From Macrostomum hystrix (taxonomy: Eukaryota; Animalia; Platyhelminthes): a stretch of 64,000 nt of DNA. The translations under genes were made by a program, and so were the position numbers. This document shows, one piece after another, positions 10,352-21,018 of the stretch. The stretch spans positions 3,410,001 to 3,474,000 of the forward strand of contig CATNEN010000034.1 in the NCBI GenBank assembly GCA_950097015.1, read 5' to 3'. The notes under the pieces were generated by a model. It was not told where the DNA came from, did not search any database, and saw only the letters and a list, made by a program, of their open reading frames with translations. Every line of letters starts with the position of its first letter. Position 1 is the first letter of the stretch.

Positions 10352-12183
10352 ATGCGAGCCATACTACTCATACTTATCATGCTGCCGTTGCTGGCGGTCT
10401 GTGACATAACCGTAAGTGCTTAGCTACTATTGCACACCTACATTTCCATTCAGGAGTGTAAATTCGCAATCTCATTCGGATTCTTCACGTGTAAAAACTA
10501 ACAGGACGAGCAGCGCGAGAAGATGAAGGAAGCTGAGAGGCTGTACGGACCCTGCATCCTGGAGGGAACCGGATGTCCCGACAACTCCTTCACCTACGAG
10601 AGGATCCAGAGCGAGGTGACCGCGTTCAAGGTCAACCACCCAAGCCTGGTGCCGTCGGAGTGCCTGTGTGAAGAGTCCGAGCGATGCAACCGCGTCTGCT
10701 ACCTGGCCATTGTGAAGCGGTTTCACGCTGGAGTGATTGCGCCTCCGAGCAGCAAGCGAAGCAGCAGCAAGCTGACTGTGAGTAGCCTTCACACAGGATC
10801 GCACGTTTGTTAGATGCACTTGACTTATCGAGTAGGCAAAACTTTTTATTGGTTTTGAAGGACGAGCAGCGCGAGAAGATGAAGGAGGCTGAGAGGCTGT
10901 ACGGACCCTGCATCCTGGAGGGAACCGGATGTCCCGACAACTCTTTCACCTACGAGAGGATCCAGAGCGAGGTGACCGCGTTCAAGGTCAACCACCCAAG
11001 CCTGGTGCCGTCGGAGTGCCTGTGTGAAGAGTCCGAGCGATGCAACCGCGTCTGCTACCTGGCCATTGTGAAGCGGTTTCACGCTGGAGTGATTGCGCCT
11101 CCGAGCAGCAAGCGAAGCAGCAGCAAGCTGACTGTGAGTAGCCTTCACACAGGATCGCACGTTTGTTAGATGCACTTGACTTATCGAGTAGGCAAAACTT
11201 TTTATTGGTTTTGAAGGACGAGCAGCGCGAGAAGATGAAGGAAGCTGAGAGGCTGTACGGACCCTGCATCCTGGAGGGAACCGGATGTCCCGACAACTCT
11301 TTCACCTACGAGAGGATCCAGAGCGAGGTGACCGCGTTCAAGGTCAACCACCCAAGCCTGGTGCCGTCGGAGTGCCTGTGTGAAGAGTCCGAGCGATGCA
11401 ACCGCGTCTGCTACCTGGCCATTGTGAAGCGGTTTCACGCTGGAGTGATTGCGCCTCCGAGCAGCAAGCGAAGCAGCAGCAAGCTGACTGTGAGTAGCCT
11501 TCACACAGGATCGCACGTTTGTTAGATGCACTTGACTTATCGAGTAGGCAAAACTTTTTATTGGTTTTGAAGGACGAGCAGCGCGAGAAGATGAAGGAGG
11601 CTGAGAGGCTGTACGGACCCTGCATCCTGGAGGGAACCGGATGTCCCGACAACTCTTTCACCTACGAGAGGATCCAGAGCGAGGTGACCGCGTTCAAGGT
11701 CAACCACCCAAGCCTGGTGCCGTCGGAGTGCCTGTGTGAAGAGTCCGAGCGATGCAACCGCGTCTGCTACCTGGCCATTGTGAAGCGGTTTCACGCTGGA
11801 GTGATTGCGCCTCCGAGCAGCAAGCGAAGCAGCAGCAAGCTGACTGTGAGTAGCCTTCACACAGGATCGCACGTTTGTTAGATGCACTTGACTTATCGAG
11901 TAGGCAAAACTTTTTATTGGTTTTGAAGGACGAGCAGCGCGAGAAGATGAAGGAGGCTGAGAGGCTGTACGGACCCTGCATCCTGGAGGGAACCGGATGT
12001 CCCGACAACTCTTTCACCTACGAGAGGATCCAGAGCGAGGTGACCGCTTTCAAGGCCAAAAACCCGGCTCTTGTGCCCTCCGAATGTCTTTGCGGAGAGT
12101 CCGAGCGATGCAACCGCGTCTGCTACCTGGCCATTGTGAAGCGTCTCATTGCTGGTGTGATGGTGCCTCCGAGCAGCAAGTGA
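10352..12183 (+). CDS. Nested gene: secreted protein with a signal peptide plus five tandem 6-Cys modules, one per exon (about 468 aa)
   Basis: Exon 10352-10411 encodes MRAILLILIMLPLLAVCDIT (gtaagt donor). Exons 10505-10777, 10861-11133, 11217-11489, 11573-11845 and 11929-12183 (TGA) are all phase 0 with canonical GT-AG. The module pattern is C-x6-C-x28-C-x-C-x5-C-x3-C. Confidence 0.8.
10505..12180 (+). repeat. 356-bp tandem repeat (273-bp exon + 83-bp intron), 4 full copies plus a terminal partial copy
   Basis: Exon starts recur at 10505, 10861, 11217, 11573 and 11929, an exact 356-bp spacing also seen in the ORF track. Confidence 0.97.
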
Positions 12184-12753
12184 TAAAGATAGATTGACAT
12201 CTTATATATGACAAAGACTCAAAAACGTTAGAGCAGGTAGTGTCTGGTATAGACAGAAATATAATGTCGCTTTGTGGCCTACCACTACCACCAAGTCTGA
12301 CCTTACAGCGCGATGCTTAAAATGATGGAATTTTTTTATTTCTATAACACAAACAATAAGTTTTACTTTATGCCTTAAAATAGGCAATTATTCTTATTTA
12401 GTAGTGACACTGGACCCGCAGCCAGCGAGGGGGGCAATTCTGCCCGTTTCGCTGACTCCTGAGCTCACACGCACACAGATACCTTACGCAGGCACAAATT
12501 CACACAGGTGTGTACATCTGCCCTGATCTTTCTCATCGTCAATTAGTGTACACTTTCACTGAGCCTTGGAGGTTGGCCCTCAAGGGCGCAAACTGCACGA
12601 CAAGCAACCAAGCCTTCTCTCAAACAAATGTGGCCTCGCCGCAGAATCGAGCTTAGGGACATTGCTCGGAATTGGTGCAAGAGGCAAACGCGTCAGACCG
12701 CCACTCACCCCAATAGGAGTATTAATAGAAGCAAAGCATGTAGAATGACTCAC

Positions 12754-13402
12754 CGTTCTATAAGAGCAGTGAGCACACGAGAGGACACGGTGGCGTCCCA
12801 TGCCGGATCGCCCCTGTCCAGCAGCACCAACACCAGGTCGAATCTGCTGAGCAGCGGGCTGGCCAGGTTGGTATTGACGCCGAGGCTCTGGCCAGAGTCT
12901 AGTTTGCCATGCGGGTTGGTGGCTGCCAGCACGGAGCAGCGGGTGTTCAGCTTGCAGACTAGGCCAGCCTTGGCGACAGACAGTGTCTGCTGCTCCATGG
13001 CCTCGTGGATGCAGGTTCGGTCGCGTTCGCCAACGGAATTGAATTCGTCGATGCAGCAGACTCCGCCGTCGGCTAGGACCAGGGCTCCGGCCTCCAGGGC
13101 CCATTGGCCGCCTTCGCGAACAGCAGCCGCTGTGAGGCCGGCGGCGCTGCTGCCAACTCCGGTGGTGAGAACCGACCGGCCGGCTAATCGGCTGGCGAAG
13201 CGAAGGAATTGCGATTTACCTGTGCCCGGATCGCCAATTAGCAGCAGGTGAGATTGGCCGCGAGTTCGATACCCGCTTTCGCCGGATTTTTGCACACCGC
13301 CGGCCAGGATTAGTGCGACAGCCAGTTTGGCCAGGCGGAGGCCGCACAGCTGGGGACAGATGCTCGCCAGGATGCGGTCGCGAGCAAGCAGGGGCCGCCT
13401 GC
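12754..13402 (-). CDS. MCM9: MCM9 helicase, AAA+ core exon
   Basis: [14 protein letters not shown]...[19 protein letters not shown] (Walker A) ...[20 protein letters not shown] (Walker B) ...[33 protein letters not shown]...LLSRFDL. The canonical GKS Walker A and the [10 protein letters not shown] segment fit MCM9. Acceptor ctacag, donor gtgagt. Confidence 0.92.
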
Positions 13403-13429
13403 CTGTAGTGATGGGGATAAGTCTCTAGA

Positions 13430-13700
13430 GTGAAAATAAATGACACATAAGATAAGATAGGGATGAGTCACAGAGATAAGAGCGGATAATTCAAATATTT
13501 GAGGGGATAATTCAAAGATTTGAGGGGATAATTCACAGATAAGAGGGGATAACTTAAAGATTTGAGGGATGATTCATAGAGATAAGAGGGGATAACTTAA
13601 AGATTTGAGGGATGATTCATAGAGATAAGAGGGGATAACTTACAGATTTGAGGGATGATTCATAGAGATAAGAGGGGATAACTTAAAGATTTGAGGGATG
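13430..13700. repeat. Purine-rich minisatellite (about 21-22-bp monomers, 43-bp dimer)
   Basis: tttgagggatgattcatagagataagaggggataacttaaaga recurs at 43-bp spacing, immediately upstream of the MCM9 acceptor. Confidence 0.8.
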
Positions 13701-14324
13701 TACCTTTAGCTGTCATTACAATCCACACATATGTGTAGCTATAGTATCTGCCGGATATTATTTAAGTCCTGATCAAACCTGTGTCATACGAGTATGAGAG
13801 GAAATGAATTGTCATTCGCTGATCTTCCGACCAAATGTCGGAAGACCAATGCAGCTATTAATAAATTATACAATCCATATGTTAAGCAGGTCTGTGCGGG
13901 TACTCGGCACCCGGTACCTGGATTACCCGATCATTTTTAGCAAAATTACCCGCGGTATCCGGCCGGTACGCGGTTACGCATGGCATTTTCCCTCGGGTAA
14001 TGAGCCTGGGTACGAGTAGTTAATAAAATTCAGACATTAGTCGATTGCGTCATAATATGTTTATCTTTTTATATTGTTTCTATTGAAAAACATTGTTAGG
14101 AAATAGAATAAAGTAGGGGACAAGATGCAGGATTTCCTATAAAGTGAAACCAGAAGTGCTCAAGAGAAGAGAAGGGTAGAGTTGAGGAGAGGAGAGGAGA
14201 GTAGAGTTGAGGAGAGGCTCTCTCAATTCGCCTCTGCCACCTCGTCGTCTACTTGTCTATAAGGCTTAGAAATCTGAAGGGAATTCAAGAGAGCTCTGTG
14301 TATACTTGTAAATCATACTCAAAA

Positions 14325-15091
14325 CCAGCGCGAGGTTCGTTCCCCACTTTTAGTGTGTTGCATGCCGCGATGTCGAACTCGGCGTGTTTTAACTTTCTGC
14401 TGTTCAGAAGTGGCAGTTGAAGCTCTTTGAAGCTTCTGCTTCATGATGACTCCATCTCGATATCGAGCTCTATCCCGCTGTTTCTTCCGCTGCTCCTTTC
14501 GAACTTCGTTGCGGTTGTTTGTTGCCCTATCTTCTGAACCAGTTTTATCCTGAGCGTCGGCTGGCATTGCGTGTAGCTCAGGCATCTTGACAGCGTACGT
14601 GTCTTCACGATGCAGAACTGGTGGATACATGTTGTCAGCAATGTGGTCTGGTCGCGGCTCGACTTCAACCGATTCCTTCTCCAAGCGTGGTGGAAAAGTG
14701 TAGGGATTTGGAAGGGCATCTTTTCTAAGTCGAGCTGAACGTCGTTCGTGTAGTGGGCAGGAGTAATCGGTTTCTTTAAAATGCAGACTGCACACTTTCA
14801 GCCTCCGCTGCTGCCGCACAAAATTCAAGTCAACATCGCGTAATTTAAGTATCTCTATCCAACGAACTGCTACCTGGTCATCGCTTGGAAATTTGTGTAG
14901 ATGGACTGCAAATCCATGCACTGAAGCTGGAGTGTCCTCAGTGTAGTATAGCAGGCAGCTGCACAACAAGCGTGGCTACTAAGACAGTTGATGATCAGTT
15001 CCATGGCTAACGTGCGAAGCAGCAGCTCACAGCCAGCGAGTTTTGAGCGAGCGATAGACCATCAAATAAATTTTCTATCTAACTGTCTATG
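14325..15091 (-). mobile_element. 5' piece of a P-like transposon: putative CATAGAC terminus and frameshifted THAP domain
   Basis: HLHKFP...RWIEIL...KVCSLHF...RLRKDALP is a THAP signature. The N-terminal CCAAAC (ATG at 15004) lies in a different frame, one frameshift away. A basic coiled-coil-like region follows. The minus strand starts CATAGAC at 15091 (terminus inferred). Confidence 0.75.
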
Positions 15092-15192
15092 GGCAAAACT
15101 CAGGGTTTTCGCGGCGACGGCTGGCGGACGCAGTTTCTATTGCAAATTCGTTGAGTGACCAATCTAGGTCACAGATTCTATATTATCTACAA

Positions 15193-15963
15193 ATAGCCTA
15201 CAAATACCTGCGACAACAGCCCGACGCTGCGCTGCCATCGCTCACTGCGCTCAAGCGAAGTACTCGATTGTTCTTTGCGGAGCCTGGGCCCTGCAGGTTC
15301 ATCACCATCGCCGAGCTCAAGAGATCAATTGCAGAACGACCCACGCACGAGAGGATCGCTACACTCAGCTTGGATGGAATGCGGATCTCACCCTCGATTC
15401 GATACGATGCGGCACGAGATGTCATCGTGGGAATCACTCCGAGCTCCGCATCCTTGGAAACAGCGAAGCCGATCAACCAAGCGGTGGTGGCGCACCTGCG
15501 AGCTGTGGCTGCGCCATGGAAGCAGCCTATCGCATGCTACTTCGTCAACCACAATCAGAGCCAGGCGCAGTTCCAGGCCAGCATCGAGGACTGCCTGCAT
15601 GCGGCGGACCAGGCAGGAGTGCGCGTGAAGGCACTCGTCTGCGACCAGGAGCCAACTCAATGGGCACATATTAAGAAGACTGTGACCAACTCTCAGCCCA
15701 GCTTCGCCCATCCAACAACTGGAGAAGCAGTCTTCGTCGTTCTGGATGTTCCTCACTGTTTGAAGAACACACGCAACTGCCTTCTTAAGTACGACATCGA
15801 GTTTGACGGGACCAAGCGTGCGAGCTGGCTGAATATTCGAGAATTCTACGAATCAGAAAGCAGGAGAGTGTTGAAGCTGGCTGTGAAGCTGACTGATGCG
15901 CAAAGAGGATGTTACTCTGCCTTTCTGCCAAGAGCATTTGCGCGATGGCAACGCGCGAGCTAG
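15193..15963 (+). pseudogene. P-element/THAP9-type transposase core fragment
   Basis: AYKYLR...LPSLTALKR...IATLSLDGMRISPSIRYD...DVIVG...WKQPIACYF...LVCDQ...VVLDVPHCLKNTRNCLL are P-superfamily transposase motifs. The frame degrades and stops at 15963. Confidence 0.85.
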
Positions 15964-16356
15964 GCGACTCTTCGTCAGAACTCACCTGCATCACTGGTGC
16001 AGGCAGAGAATGAGGGCGATCCGGAGGGAGCGGGATTGCGTTGCAGCTAAGCGCAAGTTGAGCAAGTTGCAGTGACTTGCTGTGAGTTCTGTATCGATTT
16101 TGCTGAGAATTAAAGCTTAATCAATCGTCAAATTTGATGATATGTTGCACTCCGCCCTTTGATATTTTGTTTTTTGCATTGTTCGTCCCTGATGATGGGC
16201 TCACTGTATCTATCAGGTCCAATATATCGTGAAAAAATCAGATAGGAATAAAAGCAAGCATTTAATTGCTGATCGCTTGCTCCATAGGCACTTACTTGTC
16301 TGTGGTCAAAATTCCTGGGTTTTCGCGCAGCGGCCAGCTGGGGTATGAGTGACGCA

Positions 16357-16424
16357 TCTAGGTAATATAGAATCTGTGATCTAGGTAATATAGAATCTGT
16401 GATCTAGGTAATATAGAATCTGTG
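16357..16424. repeat. 23-bp tandem repeat x3 (tctaggtaatatagaatctgtga)
   Basis: Three direct copies. An inverted near-copy lies at 15169-15189. Confidence 0.85.
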
Positions 16425-16749
16425 GCTAAAAGTAAAAGGGTAAACTATATATTTGCGTTCCTTTTGAGCTACGTGCATATATTAATAAAGCATATGCCAT
16501 AGACTTTTAGAATAATTTAGCCAGCCTTCTGAAGAAATTGCACAAAATGCGATTGCGACGTCCTGTGTTGTTTAGTAGTCCTTGGTTTTTCGCCAGTCTT
16601 ACTACACTCTAGTGATCGAGAAGTCGTGTCTTTGTTTTGATTCTCATTGAAAAATATCAGTCGCCTTGGTGTGATATACATCGGAGTCGGCGGGTCTTCA
16701 GATTAACAGCTAACTTTATGATTTCCGAGTTGAATTCGAAAGTTGGTGT

Positions 16750-16835
16750 AACACACTAAAAGTGGGGAACGAACCTCGCGCTGGCAGACCGAGACCGGTT
16801 TCTGGCTTGTTTGCCTTCGTCAGTCAGCCATAGCC
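16750..16835 (+). mobile_element. Middle piece of the P-like transposase (links the THAP part to the core)
   Basis: The first 35 bp are the exact reverse complement of 14325-14359. It reads HTKSGERTSRWQTETGFWLVCLRQSAIA and ends in atagcc, the same hexamer and frame that start the core piece. Confidence 0.6.
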
Positions 16836-18027
16836 ACACGCAGTCCTCTCCCACCACTCTCAGTGTGCACAGAAGTCTCTTTTAACCTTGCCATTTTTAT
16901 GGCGATACTTTTTAGTGTTATGTGAGAGTTTTGCAGCCAAGTCTTTGCTTTTCTACTGTTGTCAGTAGTCTGAATTGTATCTCTCACAGTTGGTTTGTCA
17001 CCTTGTTTCCAAAAAACATCCCGAATATAACATGCAAAAGTTGCGCATATTTATCCTGCGACAACATGTTACCGTGTTACAGTTACATTATAAATTATTA
17101 TAAATTAGTAATTATGTCATTTTATATTAATGAATACTTTCAGCGGTTTGAAATATAAGTCTAAATACTATAGAAATGCAAAACTATAACAATTAGACAC
17201 ACATCACAGGACCTGCAAAGTAACACTAACATGTAGTAACAATAAGCTAGTTACAATTTATACTGCTTTCACGGTTTACTTTCATACTATACTTTCATTG
17301 AAGCTCGAATTCTGTAACACGTAACATAGGATAAATTATCGCAGGATTTAAATACGCGAAACTTTTGCATTTTATATTCGGGATGTTTTTTGAAAACAGC
17401 CCGATCTGCTCTTTCCACTAAAGTCATCACGTGGTGGCGTTGCATTTAGCGCTTGCGATAAATTATTTTGTCATTTATGTTCAGTTAATTATAGGGCCTA
17501 GTTATAATTGCATTAAGTTTCAACTATTTTCTGGCTTTTGTCTTGCTATTGCCTAGGCTAGCAATAGACAGGAGTGCAATACATATTGCTCACAGCAATA
17601 CCTTGTGCCTTACTGGCTTGCTCACTTTGCACACACCACACTGTGCTTTAAAAACACCCCAAAAGTGTGCCAGACACTGTCTGGAGATGGTCAACTTTTC
17701 TTATAGGGTAAAGAGTGTTTAGGCAAAAAACTATTGACATCAACACAAAGTTTTTTGCTAAAATTAGTTTATAATAGACTAGACCTAAGCTAGGCCCATG
17801 AATAGTGTAGTCCAACAGTCATAAAAGCAAGAACACATATCAAGCTGGCCTTCAAAGTCATTGTGCCTTCAATGTCTATATTTACAAACTGCAATCTTTA
17901 GCCTAGGCTACCAAAGAAAAAAATTATAATTAGCCCAGCTATAGGCCCTAGCCAGAAAAAGCAAGCAAGCAAACACAAAACTTGACTTAATACTTTTGTT
18001 ATATCTTTTTTCAAATCAACTCTAGAC

Positions 18028-20330
18028 CAGTGGTTCTCAACCTTTTTATTAGGCAACCCTAATTTATTCACATGCATATTTTTTTGTTTGTGACCCCTTT
18101 TGCTTTTATGAAATCAATATAAATGCATCATTAAGTATGATCTAGGGCCTACTCATAATTATAATGTATGCATATATTTAGAGTTACAATAAAGCAAGAA
18201 AAACAAGACAAGAATGCAAACAACAAACACACAAACAAACAAATAACAAAAAAGTAAGTGTTTTCAGCTTTAAAATCCATGATGTCACAAGTGCCATTTT
18301 TAGTGAGAGGGTTGGAATCAAATTTTGCTATACAACAAGTCAATTTGAGGAACAACTTTCTTTGTCACTGCCAAACACTGATTGCTCTTGGCATGTAGAC
18401 AATTCCTAGCTTTATATTTTAGCACTGTAAGAGCACTGAAGTCTGTCTCACATGACCAGGTAGATGCAAAGGGAAGCAAGTGTCTCACAGTAACTGCAGC
18501 GGCAGCTAGATATTTTGGTAGCAAGCTGCACCAAAATTCCACCAGAGCAATGGTGGAAAACAGCGCCTTGAGGCTGATGTCAGAAGACAAATTAAGCAGT
18601 TGCTTGGCAATAGCAAATGGTAGCAAGGCAGTGTCATCAAAAAAGTCATGAAGGGAGACACAATCCATGGAAATTGACCTAAGTACTTGCTCCCAGCTTC
18701 ATTGAAATATTGTGTCAATTGTTGCTTGAGATTTGGTATGATATTGTTGTTGTTGCCAAATCTTTGTGTAGATCCTCTCTATCTTTGGTGAGGCTGTCAA
18801 AGACTGGAAATGGTACAAACTTCAAGCAATTGGCCACATTCAACCACAGCTTAAATTTTTTCTGAAAGGCAGTGATTGTAGATATGCTGTTGACTATGGT
18901 CTTCTCTGCTCTTTGCAATGACAGATTCAAACTGTCCAGCCTACTAAGAGTATTGCACAGATTAGCTAATTTGGCCAGCCAACAGCAGTCCTTTAAGTTT
19001 GGCACTTTTTGTTGTCTTTGTTGTGCAAGAAAATACCAACTTCTTCTCTTAGTTCAAAAATGTGGTTGAGCACGCAACCAGGTGATAGCCAGCAAACTTC
19101 AGAGTGGAGGAGGGAACTATGCTCAGCCCCATTTTCTCGCACAGCGCTATAAACAGTCAATGGTTTGGAGGTTGGCTTTTGATGAAATTCACCACAGAAA
19201 CAATGTCTGTCAAGACAGCATTGAGGTCAGCTGACAAGTCTTTGGCTGCTAGTGCTTTTCGATGGATGAAGTGTCCAGCTAGCATCAGCAACATCTTGGA
19301 TGCTTTTCACAGCACCACTGCTCTTCCCTATACATGTTGCCACTCCATCTGTGCACACTGCGGTACAGTACAACCAGCTGATGGAATTTGACTGCATGAA
19401 TTTGTTGATGACATTGAAGATGTCTTCTCCACAAACCTGACTGGGAAAAGATTTGCAACAGAGAAAGTTTTCCTCAAAGCCTTTGCCATGAAGGTAGCAA
19501 ACATACACTAGCATCTGTGCTTGGTTAGGGATGTCTGTTGATTTGTCCAATTGAGTGATAGATAATGGTGATTATCTTACATTCTTCACAATTTGAGATA
19601 GGGTGTCATTGGACATGTTGTGGATACAATATCTCAGTGTCATTTGACATAGATAGCGATTCCAACTTTTTGGCTTCCTTCTCTTTGCATATGATGCCAA
19701 CAACTTCTTTCATCATGGGAAGCAGAAGCTCTTTGCTAATTGTGTGCTGCTTCATTTTCCTAGCAATGTGAAGAGTAGCAACATATGAAGCTCTCACAGC
19801 AGCCTCATTGCTAGCCAAAACCATCCTAATGCAGCCTTTCTTCCTGTCCAACACCTTTAGCTTCTCCATAAAGTACTCGCATGGCTTAGTCGCAACTTCA
19901 GGGTGCTGGGTTTGCAGATGGTGCTTGAGTTTGTTTGGTTTCATTGAATCCTTTGACAATGTGACTTCACTGATAACACATTGTGGTTTTTCATTCACAG
20001 TTGTGAAACCTATCTCAATGATAATGAAACCTGCTTCATTATAACTGCACTTGCGCGAGTTTGCAGATGATGCCATTAACAACAGATGAGATTTAATATC
20101 TAAGCAGATGCCTCTCCAGTCATAATCTAACCCTAATCCTAAGCAGGTTATTGTGCCTCCAATTGGCTAAGCCAAATGGAATGGAAATGCATTTGAATGT
20201 CGGGGTGGGTTGGTAAGGAGTTGCGATCATTTGTTTTAAACTCGCTGGGGTAACAAGGTAGAAGGGAGACATAGAAGGAAAGTTTGTTTTGCTTGTTGTG
20301 TAGTGTTGAGTGACTAAGCCCATATCTAGC
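18028..20330 (-). mobile_element. Degenerate hAT transposon (Buster/Charlie-like) with a multiply disrupted transposase
   Basis: Fragments in order: zinc-finger-like N-terminus (GFTTVNEKPQCVI...SMKPNKLKHHLQTQHP), DKSTD...AQMLVYV...VCTDG, WLAKLANL...LNLSLQ, and dimerization motif LLPFASTWSCETDFS. The terminus cagtggttctcaacc at 18028 is preceded by ctctagac, a Charlie-type target. Right boundary approximate. Confidence 0.88.
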
Positions 20331-21018
20331 AGAACAGGCTTAGCTTGTGACTGTATATTTTGTGTTGCAACTTTAAGTTGAGTGCTAGGCCACTAGTGCT
20401 ATAGCCATTGCAATATAGCTAACAACTTTTGACTTACTATTACTTCTACTATCTTTTTTACTCTAATATCTCAAAAGGGTTCTTTTCCAATAATTTCCCA
20501 AAATTCCATTTTTTGTTTACTATTTCTTTGTGCTGCAACCCCAAGAAAATGGTCACACAACCCACAGGCAAAATATAAATACTGGCCTAATGGCTCAAAT
20601 CAATGTTATTCATTATTTAGCTAAAAATTATATTTTTCTTAAAATAGTTATTTGAAACCATTGTTACAATCATTTTTACTTTTATATCATTTATATCATG
20701 TATATCATTTATACTAAAACCTGTATACTTTAACTTTAATTTAGTAAGCCTTGATTGAATTTTCTGTACACTGAGCCATGCAAACATCTTAAAGTTTTCA
20801 ATTGTTACAAGTGTATCTTATCTCTCTAGTTAAATTTAAACATGCATAAAAATAGTTATAGCTATAATAAAAAACTACATTTTAGTTGTGTTATATTGGC
20901 CTTTGTGTATGCTAAAACTAAAAAACACAATTATACAATAGCATTTTTACACTTCATTTTGCAGCTAGTAGTTACTTAAAGCACAGAATTATACTATTAG
21001 ACATTGAAAACGCATGTC

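Noticed and set aside
10472-12017. Minus-strand repeated ORFs (MHLTNVRSC..., MKELSGHP...) as extra MCM9 exons
   Set aside because: They are antisense shadows of the nested gene. The MCM9 exons at 12754 and 6280 already join in phase without them.
14319-14969. Domesticated host THAP gene
   Set aside because: The first Cys pair is in another frame, and the ORF ends at a breakpoint shared with transposase fragments, so a broken transposon is the better explanation.
20330-21000. Second TIR of the hAT element
   Set aside because: I found no convincing reverse complement of cagtggttctcaacc, so the right boundary is left approximate.
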